63,419 nucleotides of DNA, filler included, from an uncultured Methanosarcinales archaeon (GCA_964405295.1; 3 parts of 3 records of this genome joined end to end with filler, not necessarily neighbours in it), one strand, 5' to 3'. Counted from the first letter of the whole stretch, positions 1 through 9,172 are shown. Notes: generated by a model not told the origin, from the letters alone. A program made the numbers and translations.

Positions 1-1448
1 ATATTCACACTTAAATTCTCAGTAAAATTTATTGTTTCATTAACAATTTCCTCTGTCATATTTGTTGTAAAGTTGAGAACCGTTATTGAAAATACATTAG
101 ACTGGACCAATGAGTTTCCATCAGAAGCATAGACATAAAAATTATAGGCGCCACTCGTTGTTGTTTCTATTTTTAGAATATTCCCTTCTAAAGAAATGTC
201 CAGACCACCTTCTTCTTTGTAATCAAATGTTAAATCATTATTATCATCAGTAAAGTAATCAGATAAATCATAAATTATGGTTTCTCCAATACCTATTACT
301 TCATAATCAAAATCTTTTACTTGCTCTGGTACCCTATCTTCAATGTCTTTGTAATATATTATTTTATCAATAAATAACTCTGTATTATCAATAATAACTT
401 CTATACTTGTTGCATTAACACCATTTAGTTCACAAGTTTCTTTACAAACTAAGTCAATAATTATATCAATTGTTTCTGTTGCTGTAATGTTTTCTTCTAC
501 TGACTCTTCTTCATCAGGAATTTCTATGATTGGTTCTTCAGTTGGAGCGGTTTCATTTGTTACATTCACAATTGTCTCATTTAAAGTAATATTTAGACTA
601 TCATTAATTAAATCACCCAGATTTGTTAAATTCTCCAAAGTAATATTTAGACTATCATTAATTAAGTCACCCAGATTTGTTAAATTATCTGAAGAAATAT
701 TTATTGTTTGATTTTCTATGATCATAATATTTTCGTCTTGTATAAAAGTTATATTTGTAGTTTCATTAATCTCTGTTTCAATAATAACTTCTGTTGTAAT
801 ATTCGATTCATTTTCTTGTATTATCGGAACCTCATCCTCAATAACCATTCCTGTAATAAGATTTGTTCCTGTTGAAAGGTCTGCTCCGATTAAATTAGAA
901 ATTAATTGATTATCTAAACTTATGAACCCACCAGATTCAGTTTGTAAAATTACTTTTATAGTTGAATTTTCTGAGAAGTTATTTATTTCACCAGATATTT
1001 TTAAGGATACAATATTTGAATCATTAAAACTAATAATTGCATCTTCTGTGAAAATTTGATTTACCTCAAATTCAAACTCTTGTGTTGCTTGATATGTAAA
1101 CAACCCAGATAAGTTAATTACTTGTGTAAAAGAAACAATTAACACCAAACCAACAATAACTAATGCGAGAAGAGCGTATTGTAATGGTGCAGCTTTTTTA
1201 TTTTCTCTATTTTTTATTATTTGTTTTAGATGTAATATCTTTTTATTGTAAGCTTTTAATTTATCTTTTTCAATGTCTGGAAATTTTTTAACAGATAGTG
1301 CACGTTCATATTCTTCAATAGTAATTTCGTTTTTCTTTAACCTATACTTAAGATCATTACTAGAACTAGCTATTAAATCTCTTTTATGCTCAAGTCCTCT
1401 TAATGTTAGTTTTAGATCTCTCATTTTAGTTTTTAAAATAAGGTCCAA
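1..1448 (-). CDS. Large membrane-anchored acidic surface glycoprotein (partial, runs off window start)
   Basis: Not in the ORF track. Manual translation gives an open frame from TTG 1448 (or ATG 1424) to base 1: basic N-terminus, TM helix (YALLALVIVGLVLIVSF), then an acidic E/N/T-rich ectodomain with many N-x-S/T sequons (NITT, NETT, NLTN, NVTN, NATS, NFTT). Confidence 0.8.
   Translation of the reverse strand, partial: MDLILKTKMRDLKLTLRGLEHKRDLIASSSNDLKYRLKKNEITIEEYERALSVKKFPDIEKDKLKAYNKKILHLKQIIKNRENKKAAPLQYALLALVIVGLVLIVSFTQVINLSGLFTYQATQEFEFEVNQIFTEDAIISFNDSNIVSLKISGEINNFSENSTIKVILQTESGGFISLDNQLISNLIGADLSTGTNLITGMVIEDEVPIIQENESNITTEVIIETEINETTNITFIQDENIMIIENQTINISSDNLTNLGDLINDSLNITLENLTNLGDLINDSLNITLNETIVNVTNETAPTEEPIIEIPDEEESVEENITATETIDIIIDLVCKETCELNGVNATSIEVIIDNTELFIDKIIYYKDIEDRVPEQVKDFDYEVIGIGETIIYDLSDYFTDDNNDLTFDYKEEGGLDISLEGNILKIETTTSGAYNFYVYASDGNSLVQSNVFSITVLNFTTNMTEEIVNETINFTENLSVN
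583..686. repeat. Intragenic tandem repeat, period 54 bp, 2 copies (encodes NLTNLGDLINDSLNITL twice)
   Basis: aaagtaatatttagactatcattaattaaRtcacccagatttgttaaatt at 583 and 637, one mismatch. Confidence 0.95.
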
Positions 1449-1472
1449 AACCCACTTTTGGTTTTGCGTTTC

Positions 1473-1784
1473 TCATAGTCTAGGTTTAAATTTTTTAGTT
1501 TCTTTTATTTGGTTTTTAGCCAAATGACTAGAAACCTTTGGTTTTTGTTTTTGGGTGTTTTTAGATGACTTACTTTTGATTCTACATAGAACACAACTTA
1601 TTGTTTTTTGGTCTCTATTGAGGAATTTAGCAATGTCTTTGTTAGGTAATCCTTTGTTTTTTAGAAATAGAACTATGGTTTCAAGCATGCTTAATTTTCT
1701 TTCTTTAAATAAATTAAGCGGCATAGTTATGTTATCTTTTTTAATATCGCTAGCGCTAGCTATGTTCTGTTTTTTATTCTCCAA
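1473..1784 (-). CDS. Small HTH DNA-binding protein (sigma-70 region 4/LuxR-like HTH, DPANN type)
   Basis: RKLSMLETIVLFLKNKGLPNKDIAKFLNRDQKTISCVLCR HTH pattern; TTG start with GGGTGA Shine-Dalgarno. Confidence 0.75.
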   Translation of the reverse strand: MENKKQNIASASDIKKDNITMPLNLFKERKLSMLETIVLFLKNKGLPNKDIAKFLNRDQKTISCVLCRIKSKSSKNTQKQKPKVSSHLAKNQIKETKKFKPRL

Positions 1785-1807
1785 AATAAGTCACCCAAAA
1801 ACTAACT

Positions 1808-1946
1808 TACTTACATCGTAAGTATTTATAAATATTTCGACTATAGCGAAACAGAATACTTTAATTTTTATTGCTACGAAATAGTACTTACAATGTAAGT
1901 ATTTAAATATTTTTTGAAAATAACAGTATTACTTACAATGTAAGTA
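1808..1946. promoter_or_regulatory. Three copies of the palindrome TACTTAC-N3-GTAAGTA (candidate operator array) plus BRE/TATA of the HTH gene
   Basis: Copies at 1808-1824, 1885-1901 and 1930-1946; minus-strand CGAAA-TA-TTTATAAA (TATA 1825-1832) abuts copy 1. Confidence 0.7.
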
Positions 1947-1974
1947 TTTAAAAAAGTTTGGAAATTAATAGAAA

Positions 1975-2781
1975 TTAGTGCTTTTGTAATTCAGAATTAC
2001 TAGGCACAGCCCGAATAAATTCATCTAAATCTGCATTAGAACCAAAATCCCCACGTATAAACTTTGCAATTTCACTGATTTTTTGCCTACCAGGAATTAA
2101 TTTAAAATATTTTTTACAATGCTTTTTTGCAGCTTCTTCAGGACCAGAAAAAACCTTATTAGAATAATCACCAAAATCCTCAGAATACAAACCAATACAA
2201 AAATTTATTTTATTCTGAATATAATTAGTTTTACCCCTAATCATAAACGCACCTTTAGACAAATGTTCACCAGGATTTGCGGTTTTTGAAACCTGATCAG
2301 GATTAACATAGAAAATATCTGCATTCCCATAACCTTTTTTCCAAGCACGAGAATATGCAAGAATAAAGTCCGCAGCTTCTTCAATATCTTTTTCAGAAAT
2401 ATCAATATCCTGTGACTCTTTTTTAATAACGCCGAATGGACTTCCAGCCATATCTGTATGCAGAACAATATCTTCTTTATCAGTATGTTTTTTTATCACA
2501 TCCTCATTGGTAGTAGAATCTCTTCCTGCAACAACAAGAAATCCATTTGATGTAACAAACCAATGAAATTTTTCAAACCACTTTTTGTCTAACTTCTTTT
2601 TTATTTTTTTAATTATAGAAACATTTTCTTTATCTGCGTTTTCTGCTTTTAAGATCTTTTGTTTAGTTACACCTATTGCTTTTTCTGCACCAGAAATCTT
2701 TTTTCTCAGCTTCTTAGCTTTGTTAAAATAAATTTGTGCATTATGATCTAATGACTCGTTAATCTTTAATGAAATCTTCAT
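1975..2781 (-). CDS. NFACT-R (DUF814) RNA-binding domain protein, short Rqc2/NFACT-family homologue
   Basis: WFEKFHWF..GFLVVAGRD..TNE, LHTDMAGSP, YSRAW, QVSKTA.PGEHLSKGAFMIRG motifs. Confidence 0.9.
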   Translation of the reverse strand: MKISLKINESLDHNAQIYFNKAKKLRKKISGAEKAIGVTKQKILKAENADKENVSIIKKIKKKLDKKWFEKFHWFVTSNGFLVVAGRDSTTNEDVIKKHTDKEDIVLHTDMAGSPFGVIKKESQDIDISEKDIEEAADFILAYSRAWKKGYGNADIFYVNPDQVSKTANPGEHLSKGAFMIRGKTNYIQNKINFCIGLYSEDFGDYSNKVFSGPEEAAKKHCKKYFKLIPGRQKISEIAKFIRGDFGSNADLDEFIRAVPSNSELQKH

Positions 2782-2871
2782 AATTTACTCCTTGTTTTTG
2801 TTATCTTCATAAAAGAAGTAAACACCTTATTCTTTAAAAAAGTTTATAAAAAATTCCGAGATAATAACTAT

Positions 2872-3915
2872 ATGCAAAAATACCAAATAAAACAAATCCC
2901 AAAAGACTTCATAGTTAAAGAAGTTCCTAGTTTTGTTTTTAACAAAGAAAGTGGAAAGTATCTTATCTACAAACTAAAGAAAACAAACAGGAATACAGAA
3001 GATTGTATTCAATTTATATGCAAGGTTCTAAAAACCAAAAGAAAATTTGTTGGTGTTGCAGGAACAAAAGATAAGAATGCAGTTACAGAACAATATATTT
3101 CTATTTTCAATGTTCAAAATACAAAAAACAGAGTTGAGGGACTAAAGGATCGCTTTGAAAACTTTTCACTTGAATTTATCGGGTTCCATAATAGTCCACT
3201 TTCATTGGGAGATCTTAAAGGAAATCGTTTTGAAATAGTAATTAGAAATCTTGAAAAAGAATTTGAGATAGAAAAACCCTATTTTATTGTAAACTATTTT
3301 GATGATCAAAGATTTTCTATAAATAATAAAGAAGTTGGTAGAGCAATAATAAAAAAAGATTTTAAGAATGCAGTTAAACTACTAAAAGAACAAAATAATT
3401 TAGACGAGGAAACAATAAATCTCTACAAAACAGATTATATTAAAATAATAAGACATATACCGATAAAAATATTAAAAATGTTTATTCACTCATATCAAAG
3501 TTATTTATTTAATGGGTTATGTAAAAAAATAATTCTTGAAAAAAAATATACGTATTTAGAATCTACTTATTCTCAGGGAAAATTATTCTTTTTAACAAAA
3601 GAACCCAACACTAAGTTAAATGTTAGTTTACCATTAATTGGTTTTGGCTTTGAGATGGAAGGAGGATTTGTTAATCTTGTTGATGAAATAATAAAAGAAG
3701 AAAATTTAGATCTAAGAGACTTTATTATAAGACAAATTCCAGAACTTTCGAGCTTTGGAGCACAAAGAGATTTTTTAATACCTATCTCTAACTTTTCTAA
3801 AGAAGATTTTCTCGATGATGAATTAAATATTGGAAAGAAAAAGGTAAAAATTGCATTTGAGATAGGAAAAGGAAGCTATGCAACAATGGTTATTAAGAAG
3901 ATAATGATGAGATAA
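2872..3915 (+). CDS. truD: tRNA pseudouridine(13) synthase TruD
   Basis: IKQIPKDFIVKE, catalytic AGTKDKNAVTEQ, LGDLKGNRFEIVIR, NYFDDQRF, GSYATMV. Confidence 0.95.
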   Translation: MQKYQIKQIPKDFIVKEVPSFVFNKESGKYLIYKLKKTNRNTEDCIQFICKVLKTKRKFVGVAGTKDKNAVTEQYISIFNVQNTKNRVEGLKDRFENFSLEFIGFHNSPLSLGDLKGNRFEIVIRNLEKEFEIEKPYFIVNYFDDQRFSINNKEVGRAIIKKDFKNAVKLLKEQNNLDEETINLYKTDYIKIIRHIPIKILKMFIHSYQSYLFNGLCKKIILEKKYTYLESTYSQGKLFFLTKEPNTKLNVSLPLIGFGFEMEGGFVNLVDEIIKEENLDLRDFIIRQIPELSSFGAQRDFLIPISNFSKEDFLDDELNIGKKKVKIAFEIGKGSYATMVIKKIMMR

Positions 3916-4531
3916 TGTCTTCAGTTACTTTCTCTATTGCTTGATGACCATCAACTCTTGCAAGTTTAACTTCAAACAATTTAATCATAGGTTCTGTTTC
4001 TTCATGATATATTTTTAATCTATTCTTAATAAATTCAACTTCAGAATCATCAGGTCTTTGAACTAAATCAACATTACAAACATCACACAACCCCTCTATA
4101 TTCGGTCGAAGTGTTGGATACAAAAGATTATAATCTCTTTTACATTTAGGGCAATAATATCTCGCCTGCAATCTTCTTATTGTCTCTTCTTCAGAAAGTT
4201 CAATCAAAATTACCTTGTCAATTGCAAGAGTTTCAATTGCAAACTTTGCCTGAACAACATTTCTTGGATAACCATCAAGAATAACCTTTTTACCTTGATC
4301 ATTTAATTTTAGAACTTTTTCTTCAACAAAAGAATTATTAATATTATCTGGCACCAAACTACTCCCATCATTAATTAACGAAGCTGCTAGCTTTCCTAGT
4401 TCAGTTTTCTTTTCTATTTCCGCTCTAAACATCGCACCAGTAGATAGATGTACATAGCCAAGCTTATCTGCAAGGATTTTAGCTTGAGTTCCCTTACCAC
4501 ATGCTTGTGGTCCCATAATTATTATATTCAT
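3893..4531 (-). CDS. adk: Adenylate kinase, bacterial-type with zinc lid
   Basis: GPQACGKGTQA P-loop, HLSTGAMFR, ILDGYPRN, CPKC...CDVC lid, QRPDD. Confidence 0.95.
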   Translation of the reverse strand: MNIIIMGPQACGKGTQAKILADKLGYVHLSTGAMFRAEIEKKTELGKLAASLINDGSSLVPDNINNSFVEEKVLKLNDQGKKVILDGYPRNVVQAKFAIETLAIDKVILIELSEEETIRRLQARYYCPKCKRDYNLLYPTLRPNIEGLCDVCNVDLVQRPDDSEVEFIKNRLKIYHEETEPMIKLFEVKLARVDGHQAIEKVTEDIISSLSS

Positions 4532-4641
4532 AAGAATAGAAAAAAATCTTGTCTTTTTATAGTTTGTTATTGTATACCTTAACTACTATTTAGTAGCAAA
4601 AGACAGAAAACTTTATAAACAATAATCAGAACCCACCTAAC

Positions 4642-5292
4642 ATGCAACATATAAGAAACTTTTTCGAACCAATTGGCACAGACAACCTATTTAGAAGCAC
4701 TTTAGTCTATCAAATGTTTAAAGTGTTTGGAGAACAACCATTTAGTCCTGTAAAAGCAATAAAAATAACCAACCTAACAAAACCAGCAAATTGTAACTTA
4801 CTCAAAAAGTTAAACAAAATTTATTTACTAAAAAAAACCGAAAGTGGTGGAAAATATATCATTATTCCACAAAAGATAATTGATATTAATGTTAATCAAT
4901 ATACATCGCCAGGAAGCGACTTAAGAAAACTAATATCTACTTACACTCAATTTTCTTCGTTTCATAATGAAATTGAAAATGCAACAATACAAAATAAGCG
5001 AGTAAGAAATGCGTTTTCTGGATTAACAATGAATAGCATGACTCACATGTTTGAAGTCTATGCAAGTTCACATGATATTGCTAAAAAAGAAAAAATATTA
5101 ATTAAAATTTGCGGATTGTGCATGCAACCAGAACTATTTGAAGAACAAGCAAATACTAATAGGAAAGGAATAACAGACATAATAAAAAATGACAACGAGT
5201 TCAGAAACCGTGTAAATGCATTTAAAGGAGAGCCAGAATATGCTGCAATGGGAGGTTTTCTTTTAGAATTCTTAGATCACTACAATAAGTAA
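4642..5292 (+). CDS. Hypothetical protein (possible N-terminal winged helix)
   Basis: 216-aa ORF preceded by BRE/TATA-like AGAAAACTTTATAAA; no family recognised. Confidence 0.6.
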   Translation: MQHIRNFFEPIGTDNLFRSTLVYQMFKVFGEQPFSPVKAIKITNLTKPANCNLLKKLNKIYLLKKTESGGKYIIIPQKIIDINVNQYTSPGSDLRKLISTYTQFSSFHNEIENATIQNKRVRNAFSGLTMNSMTHMFEVYASSHDIAKKEKILIKICGLCMQPELFEEQANTNRKGITDIIKNDNEFRNRVNAFKGEPEYAAMGGFLLEFLDHYNK

Positions 5293-5340
5293 TCTATTCA
5301 AACCATTATATTTATAAATACCTTAAATTTCCTTCTTGGA

Positions 5341-5865
5341 ATGGTAAAACTAAGAAAAAGTGTTGCATCAAGATCAATGCAAAATGCATACACAAGAAAA
5401 TCAAAATACAGAAAAAAATCTTATATTAGGTCTATTCCAACAAATAAAGTAGTTAAATTTGAAATGGGAGATTTAAAAAAGGAATTTCCATGCCAATTCT
5501 TATTAATATCAAAACAAGCTATACAATTAAGACATAATTGTCTTGAGTCAGCAAGAAAAACATCTTTAAAATTACTAGAAAACAAACTAGGGAAAATTAA
5601 CTTTAAACTTAAAGTTAGAGTTTATCCACACCATGTAATCAGAGAAAACCCACTTGCATCAGGTGCAGGTGCCGACAGAATGAGTACTGGTATGAAAATG
5701 GCTTTTGGAAAAGCAGTTGGAATTGCAGCAAGAGTATTCAAGAACAAAGCAGTTATGGAAGTCAATGTAGACAAAGAGCACAAACAAGTTGCAATTAATG
5801 CACTTAAAAGAGCATACAAAAAACTTCCCGGAGAATACCTTGTCGAAGAAGTTATTAAAAAGTAA
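5341..5865 (+). CDS. rpl10e: 50S ribosomal protein uL16 (archaeal L10e)
   Basis: AYTRKSKY, QLRHNCLESAR, RVYPHHVIRENPLASGAGADRMSTGMKMAFGK. Confidence 0.97.
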   Translation: MVKLRKSVASRSMQNAYTRKSKYRKKSYIRSIPTNKVVKFEMGDLKKEFPCQFLLISKQAIQLRHNCLESARKTSLKLLENKLGKINFKLKVRVYPHHVIRENPLASGAGADRMSTGMKMAFGKAVGIAARVFKNKAVMEVNVDKEHKQVAINALKRAYKKLPGEYLVEEVIKK

Positions 5866-5952
5866 TATAACTTATTTTCTTTTTTACTTAAATTTAATAG
5901 AATAGTTCTAAATATAATAAATAAAAGAAAATGCACAAAAATGTTGTGCGTA

Positions 5953-6210
5953 TTAACTTAAAGAAATTTTGGGTTTTGTAGACTTTTTAGGTCTATTTCC
6001 TCTTTGAGAAACTCTACTCTTCTCTTTCAAACTAGATCTATCGTTTCTAAAATTATACCTAAACCTATCCATTTTATCCTCATTCTCTTTTTTATGAGGG
6101 GTTTCATCAGGAAGAGAAATATTAGCTATAGTTTTCATTCTTTCTTCTACACCTGAAGGGTATTTCTTTTTAGTTTTCACTTTTTTATTTTTCTTTGATT
6201 TTTTACTCAT
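5953..6210 (-). CDS. Small basic hypothetical protein
   Basis: K/R-rich ORF; ATG at 6210 follows an AGGTGA SD (ORF track starts at 6225). Confidence 0.55.
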   Translation of the reverse strand: MSKKSKKNKKVKTKKKYPSGVEERMKTIANISLPDETPHKKENEDKMDRFRYNFRNDRSSLKEKSRVSQRGNRPKKSTKPKISLS

Positions 6211-6318
6211 GAGATCACCTTGCAACCTTATAATTATAATAAGAACTAGAGATTATTTAGTATTTATAAAGTTTAAGATTGGATTAACTTTATAAATTGC
6301 ATTCTCCAAATAAAATAT

Positions 6319-7065
6319 ATGACTAAACACAATTATCTTACCCATGCTTTGCACGATATAAAAAAATATGTAATATTTTCAAAACAAGAATTTAAACAAA
6401 TTATTTGGGTAATATTAGCAACAGCACTCATTTTCTCTTTCAATAAATGGGGAACAACTCACTTTGATCTTGAAAGAGGCCTTGCAAACTTGTTTATTTC
6501 AATAATTTTTGTAGGAATCTTCTTTTATGGACAAATTTGGATTAAAAAACTTGTCGCACTCAAACTAGGTTATGATTCAAAATATGAATGGTCTTTACCA
6601 GGATTAGTTAGTTCTGTTGTAATAACTTTTGTGATACAAGGAATCATTCCAATAGTTTTTCTTGGCCACACACAACTTGTTCAAAACGACAGAAAAAGAT
6701 TAGGTGCAGGATATAGATTCGCATTTAACCATATCGATCACTTCAAAATGCATGCAATTAGTTATTTATTTAACTATCTCATAATACTATTAATACTTGC
6801 ACCAATTTACCTAGCAACAAATAGTCTTTTTGCTATGGAATTAATAAAAATAAACCTTGTGTTAATATTCTTTTCAATAATACCAATACCTAAAAATGAC
6901 GGGTTAACACTTTTCTTTGCATCAAGAAACTTATATTTAGTTATGGTATTCTTTATTATATTGATGTCTCTGTTAATTCTTTGGGCGAACTTATTTAGTT
7001 TTATTTTTGCATTAATATTATCGTTAATTCTTGCAAGAATACTTGTTATTCATACTGATTACTAA
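6319..7065 (+). CDS. Polytopic membrane protein, degenerate M50/site-2 protease homologue
   Basis: NLVLIFFSIIPIPKNDG resembles the M50 NxxPxxxLDG motif; the expected HExxH position reads QIWIK. Confidence 0.65.
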   Translation: MTKHNYLTHALHDIKKYVIFSKQEFKQIIWVILATALIFSFNKWGTTHFDLERGLANLFISIIFVGIFFYGQIWIKKLVALKLGYDSKYEWSLPGLVSSVVITFVIQGIIPIVFLGHTQLVQNDRKRLGAGYRFAFNHIDHFKMHAISYLFNYLIILLILAPIYLATNSLFAMELIKINLVLIFFSIIPIPKNDGLTLFFASRNLYLVMVFFIILMSLLILWANLFSFIFALILSLILARILVIHTDY

Positions 7066-7066
7066 A

Positions 7067-7759
7067 ATGCAGAATAAAAATAAAGAGAATGGGAATGAGA
7101 ATTATCTTGTAATAAATTTCAAAACGTACTTAGAAGGTTCAGGTAAAAAAGCAGAGCAACTTGCAAAGATTGCAGATAAGATTGCAAAAAGAACTGGAAA
7201 GAAAATAATTTTGGTTGTGCAGGAAACAGATGTTAATAGAATTTCAAATTTAGTTAGTATTCCTGTTTTTTCAGAACATCTTGACCCAATAGAATATGGC
7301 GCGCATACAGGACAAGTTCTTGCAGAATCATTAAAATTTAATGGAGCCAAAGGTGTTGTTCTCAATCATTCTGAAGATAGATTTAATCTTGCACAGATAG
7401 AAAAAAGTAAAAAAATTGCTAAAAAAAATAAATTACAGACAATAATTTGTGCAAACGATTCAGACCAAGCAGCTGCACTCTCTCAATTTAAACCAGATTT
7501 TCTAGCTGTTGAACCACCAGAATTAATTGGTGGAAATACTTCTGTTAGTAAAGCAAAACCGGAAATCATAATTGACACTGTAATGAAAGTTAGAAAGGCC
7601 CATAAAAAACAGGCCATTTTGTGTGGTGCAGGAATTAAAACAGAGAAAGATGTTAAGAAAGCAATTGAGCTTGGAACTAATGGTATTTTTGTTGCATCTG
7701 GAATTGTTAAATCTAAAACTCCTGAAAAGAAAATTAAAGAATTAGTTAAATATCTCTAG
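7067..7759 (+). CDS. tpiA: Triosephosphate isomerase, archaeal type
   Basis: INFKTY, LNHSE, AVEPPELIGG, LCGAGI, VASGIVK; ATG 7067 taken as the start. Confidence 0.95.
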   Translation: MQNKNKENGNENYLVINFKTYLEGSGKKAEQLAKIADKIAKRTGKKIILVVQETDVNRISNLVSIPVFSEHLDPIEYGAHTGQVLAESLKFNGAKGVVLNHSEDRFNLAQIEKSKKIAKKNKLQTIICANDSDQAAALSQFKPDFLAVEPPELIGGNTSVSKAKPEIIIDTVMKVRKAHKKQAILCGAGIKTEKDVKKAIELGTNGIFVASGIVKSKTPEKKIKELVKYL

Positions 7760-8313
7760 GGAACAGTTACCCAAAGCATTTGTGTTCCACCATAGGACTC
7801 ACCTTCTCTTTCTATGTGAAACTTCACTGTGTAAAAACCAGCATTCTGTTTTGGAGAAATTAAAATTAACTTATACTTTCGCTCATTATTTCTAATCTCA
7901 AAATTACTTGAATCAACAGGCAGATAAACAACTTCTCCAGGGCAATTCGCTTCAGCAACCACTGCAAGATCATTAGGTGTAAATGTATAATTACAACCAG
8001 CATCATTTTCATCAATAACAATTGCAAAACTAGAACTACCTCCTACTGCACCCTCATTAGTTATACCAATAGGAAACCTTAACTCATCTTTACCAGAATT
8101 TTGTTGAGGATTGAGAACAGTAACAAGAGAACCGTCATCTAAAAGTAAATTAATTCTATCTATTTCTTGTTGATGTATCTCAGTATCCATCTTAACAACA
8201 TGATTAAAAACATTAGTAAATAAATAAATCCCAAAACTAAAAATTACAATCATAATTATCATTACAACTAAGAAATTAATAGATAATTCAAATGCCTTTT
8301 TTTGACGGATCAT
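7756..8313 (-). CDS. Class III signal peptide (archaeal pilin-like) protein
   Basis: MIRQKKA/FELSINFLVVMIIMIVIFSFG: basic leader, KA cleavage site, hydrophobic helix. Confidence 0.75.
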   Translation of the reverse strand: MIRQKKAFELSINFLVVMIIMIVIFSFGIYLFTNVFNHVVKMDTEIHQQEIDRINLLLDDGSLVTVLNPQQNSGKDELRFPIGITNEGAVGGSSSFAIVIDENDAGCNYTFTPNDLAVVAEANCPGEVVYLPVDSSNFEIRNNERKYKLILISPKQNAGFYTVKFHIEREGESYGGTQMLWVTVP

Positions 8314-8375
8314 TTTAACCTTAAGAATATTAAAAATGCTCAACAATCATTATTAGATCATTGGCACCAAAAACA

Positions 8376-8600
8376 TTATAGTTTAATATATTCATACTCT
8401 TTTACAATCAATGCAATAAATAATGCAAGTAAAATTATTCCTGAAATAACAATTAATATATTAAAATTAAATGTTCCTACACCTACAATTAACCTATAAA
8501 ATCCTAAAGCAAGAATAAACATTGCAAAAAGTAAAAACTTATCTGCAACAATCTTTAGTATGTCAAATTCTTCTTTTTTTGATAAAGCTCTTCTCCCCAT
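8376..8600 (-). CDS. Small two-TM membrane protein
   Basis: EFDILKIVADKFL followed by two hydrophobic helices; GGGTGA SD. Confidence 0.7.
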   Translation of the reverse strand: MGRRALSKKEEFDILKIVADKFLLFAMFILALGFYRLIVGVGTFNFNILIVISGIILLALFIALIVKEYEYIKL

Positions 8601-8614
8601 GCGTTCTCACCCTA

Positions 8615-9172
8615 TTATCTTACTATTTCTATCACAAGATCTTTTGATGCTGTGCCAGTACGACCCCCGGCTGCATTTTCGTGCGTAACTGTTGCAGTGC
8701 ACAAATACTTACTTAATGTTGATCCTGTTGGAACAGATATTAAAGTTATTAACATATCTGAAGATCCACTAGGAATATCTTTTGCTGTTGAGGTAATACT
8801 AACTATATCTAATCCTGCACCTTGGCAAATAACATTAGTTAATGAAGTGTTTATACATTCTGCTGCATCTGTACAATATACCCCCCACTTTACTGATAAT
8901 CCTTCGCCTGGACTCGCAAGGATATTATCTCCTCTTGAACAAGTCAGGGTGTTACCTGGTGTTGCCGAAGAAGGATTTGGTTCTTCTTGTGCCCTAGAAA
9001 TAAAATCTTTCTCTATTCCACCAAACATACTTTGAATAAATCCTAATGACAAACCTAGAATAACCACTGCGATAATTAGAATAACGATCATATTAATAGA
9101 TAATTGCATACTTGCTTTTTTATTCCAATTTTTATTGGAATGACCAAAAATTGAATTTTTACGTTTATTCAT
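8615..9172 (-). CDS. Class III signal peptide (archaeal pilin-like) protein
   Basis: NKKA/SMQLSINMIVILIIAVVILGL; GAGGTGA SD. Confidence 0.75.
   Translation of the reverse strand: MNKRKNSIFGHSNKNWNKKASMQLSINMIVILIIAVVILGLSLGFIQSMFGGIEKDFISRAQEEPNPSSATPGNTLTCSRGDNILASPGEGLSVKWGVYCTDAAECINTSLTNVICQGAGLDIVSITSTAKDIPSGSSDMLITLISVPTGSTLSKYLCTATVTHENAAGGRTGTASKDLVIEIVR

Noticed and set aside
487..1821. Plus-strand ORFs 487-711, 718-909, 1273-1527 and 1555-1821, and similar short antisense ORFs throughout (e.g. 16409-17044, 21712-22152)
   Set aside because: They are shadows of well-supported genes on the opposite strand or frame and carry no recognisable motifs.
1808..1946. Three repeats as a mini CRISPR array
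   Set aside because: The repeat is only 17 bp, the gaps are unequal (60 and 28 bp) and there are no cas genes; an operator array fits better.
3893..3915. Convergent 3' overlap of truD and adk (also tpiA and the pilin-like gene) as antisense regulation
   Set aside because: Short tail-to-tail overlaps are routine in compact genomes.
3893..4531. Bacterial-type adenylate kinase as evidence of contamination
   Set aside because: It is embedded among archaeal genes, and bacterial-type Adk is known in several archaeal lineages.
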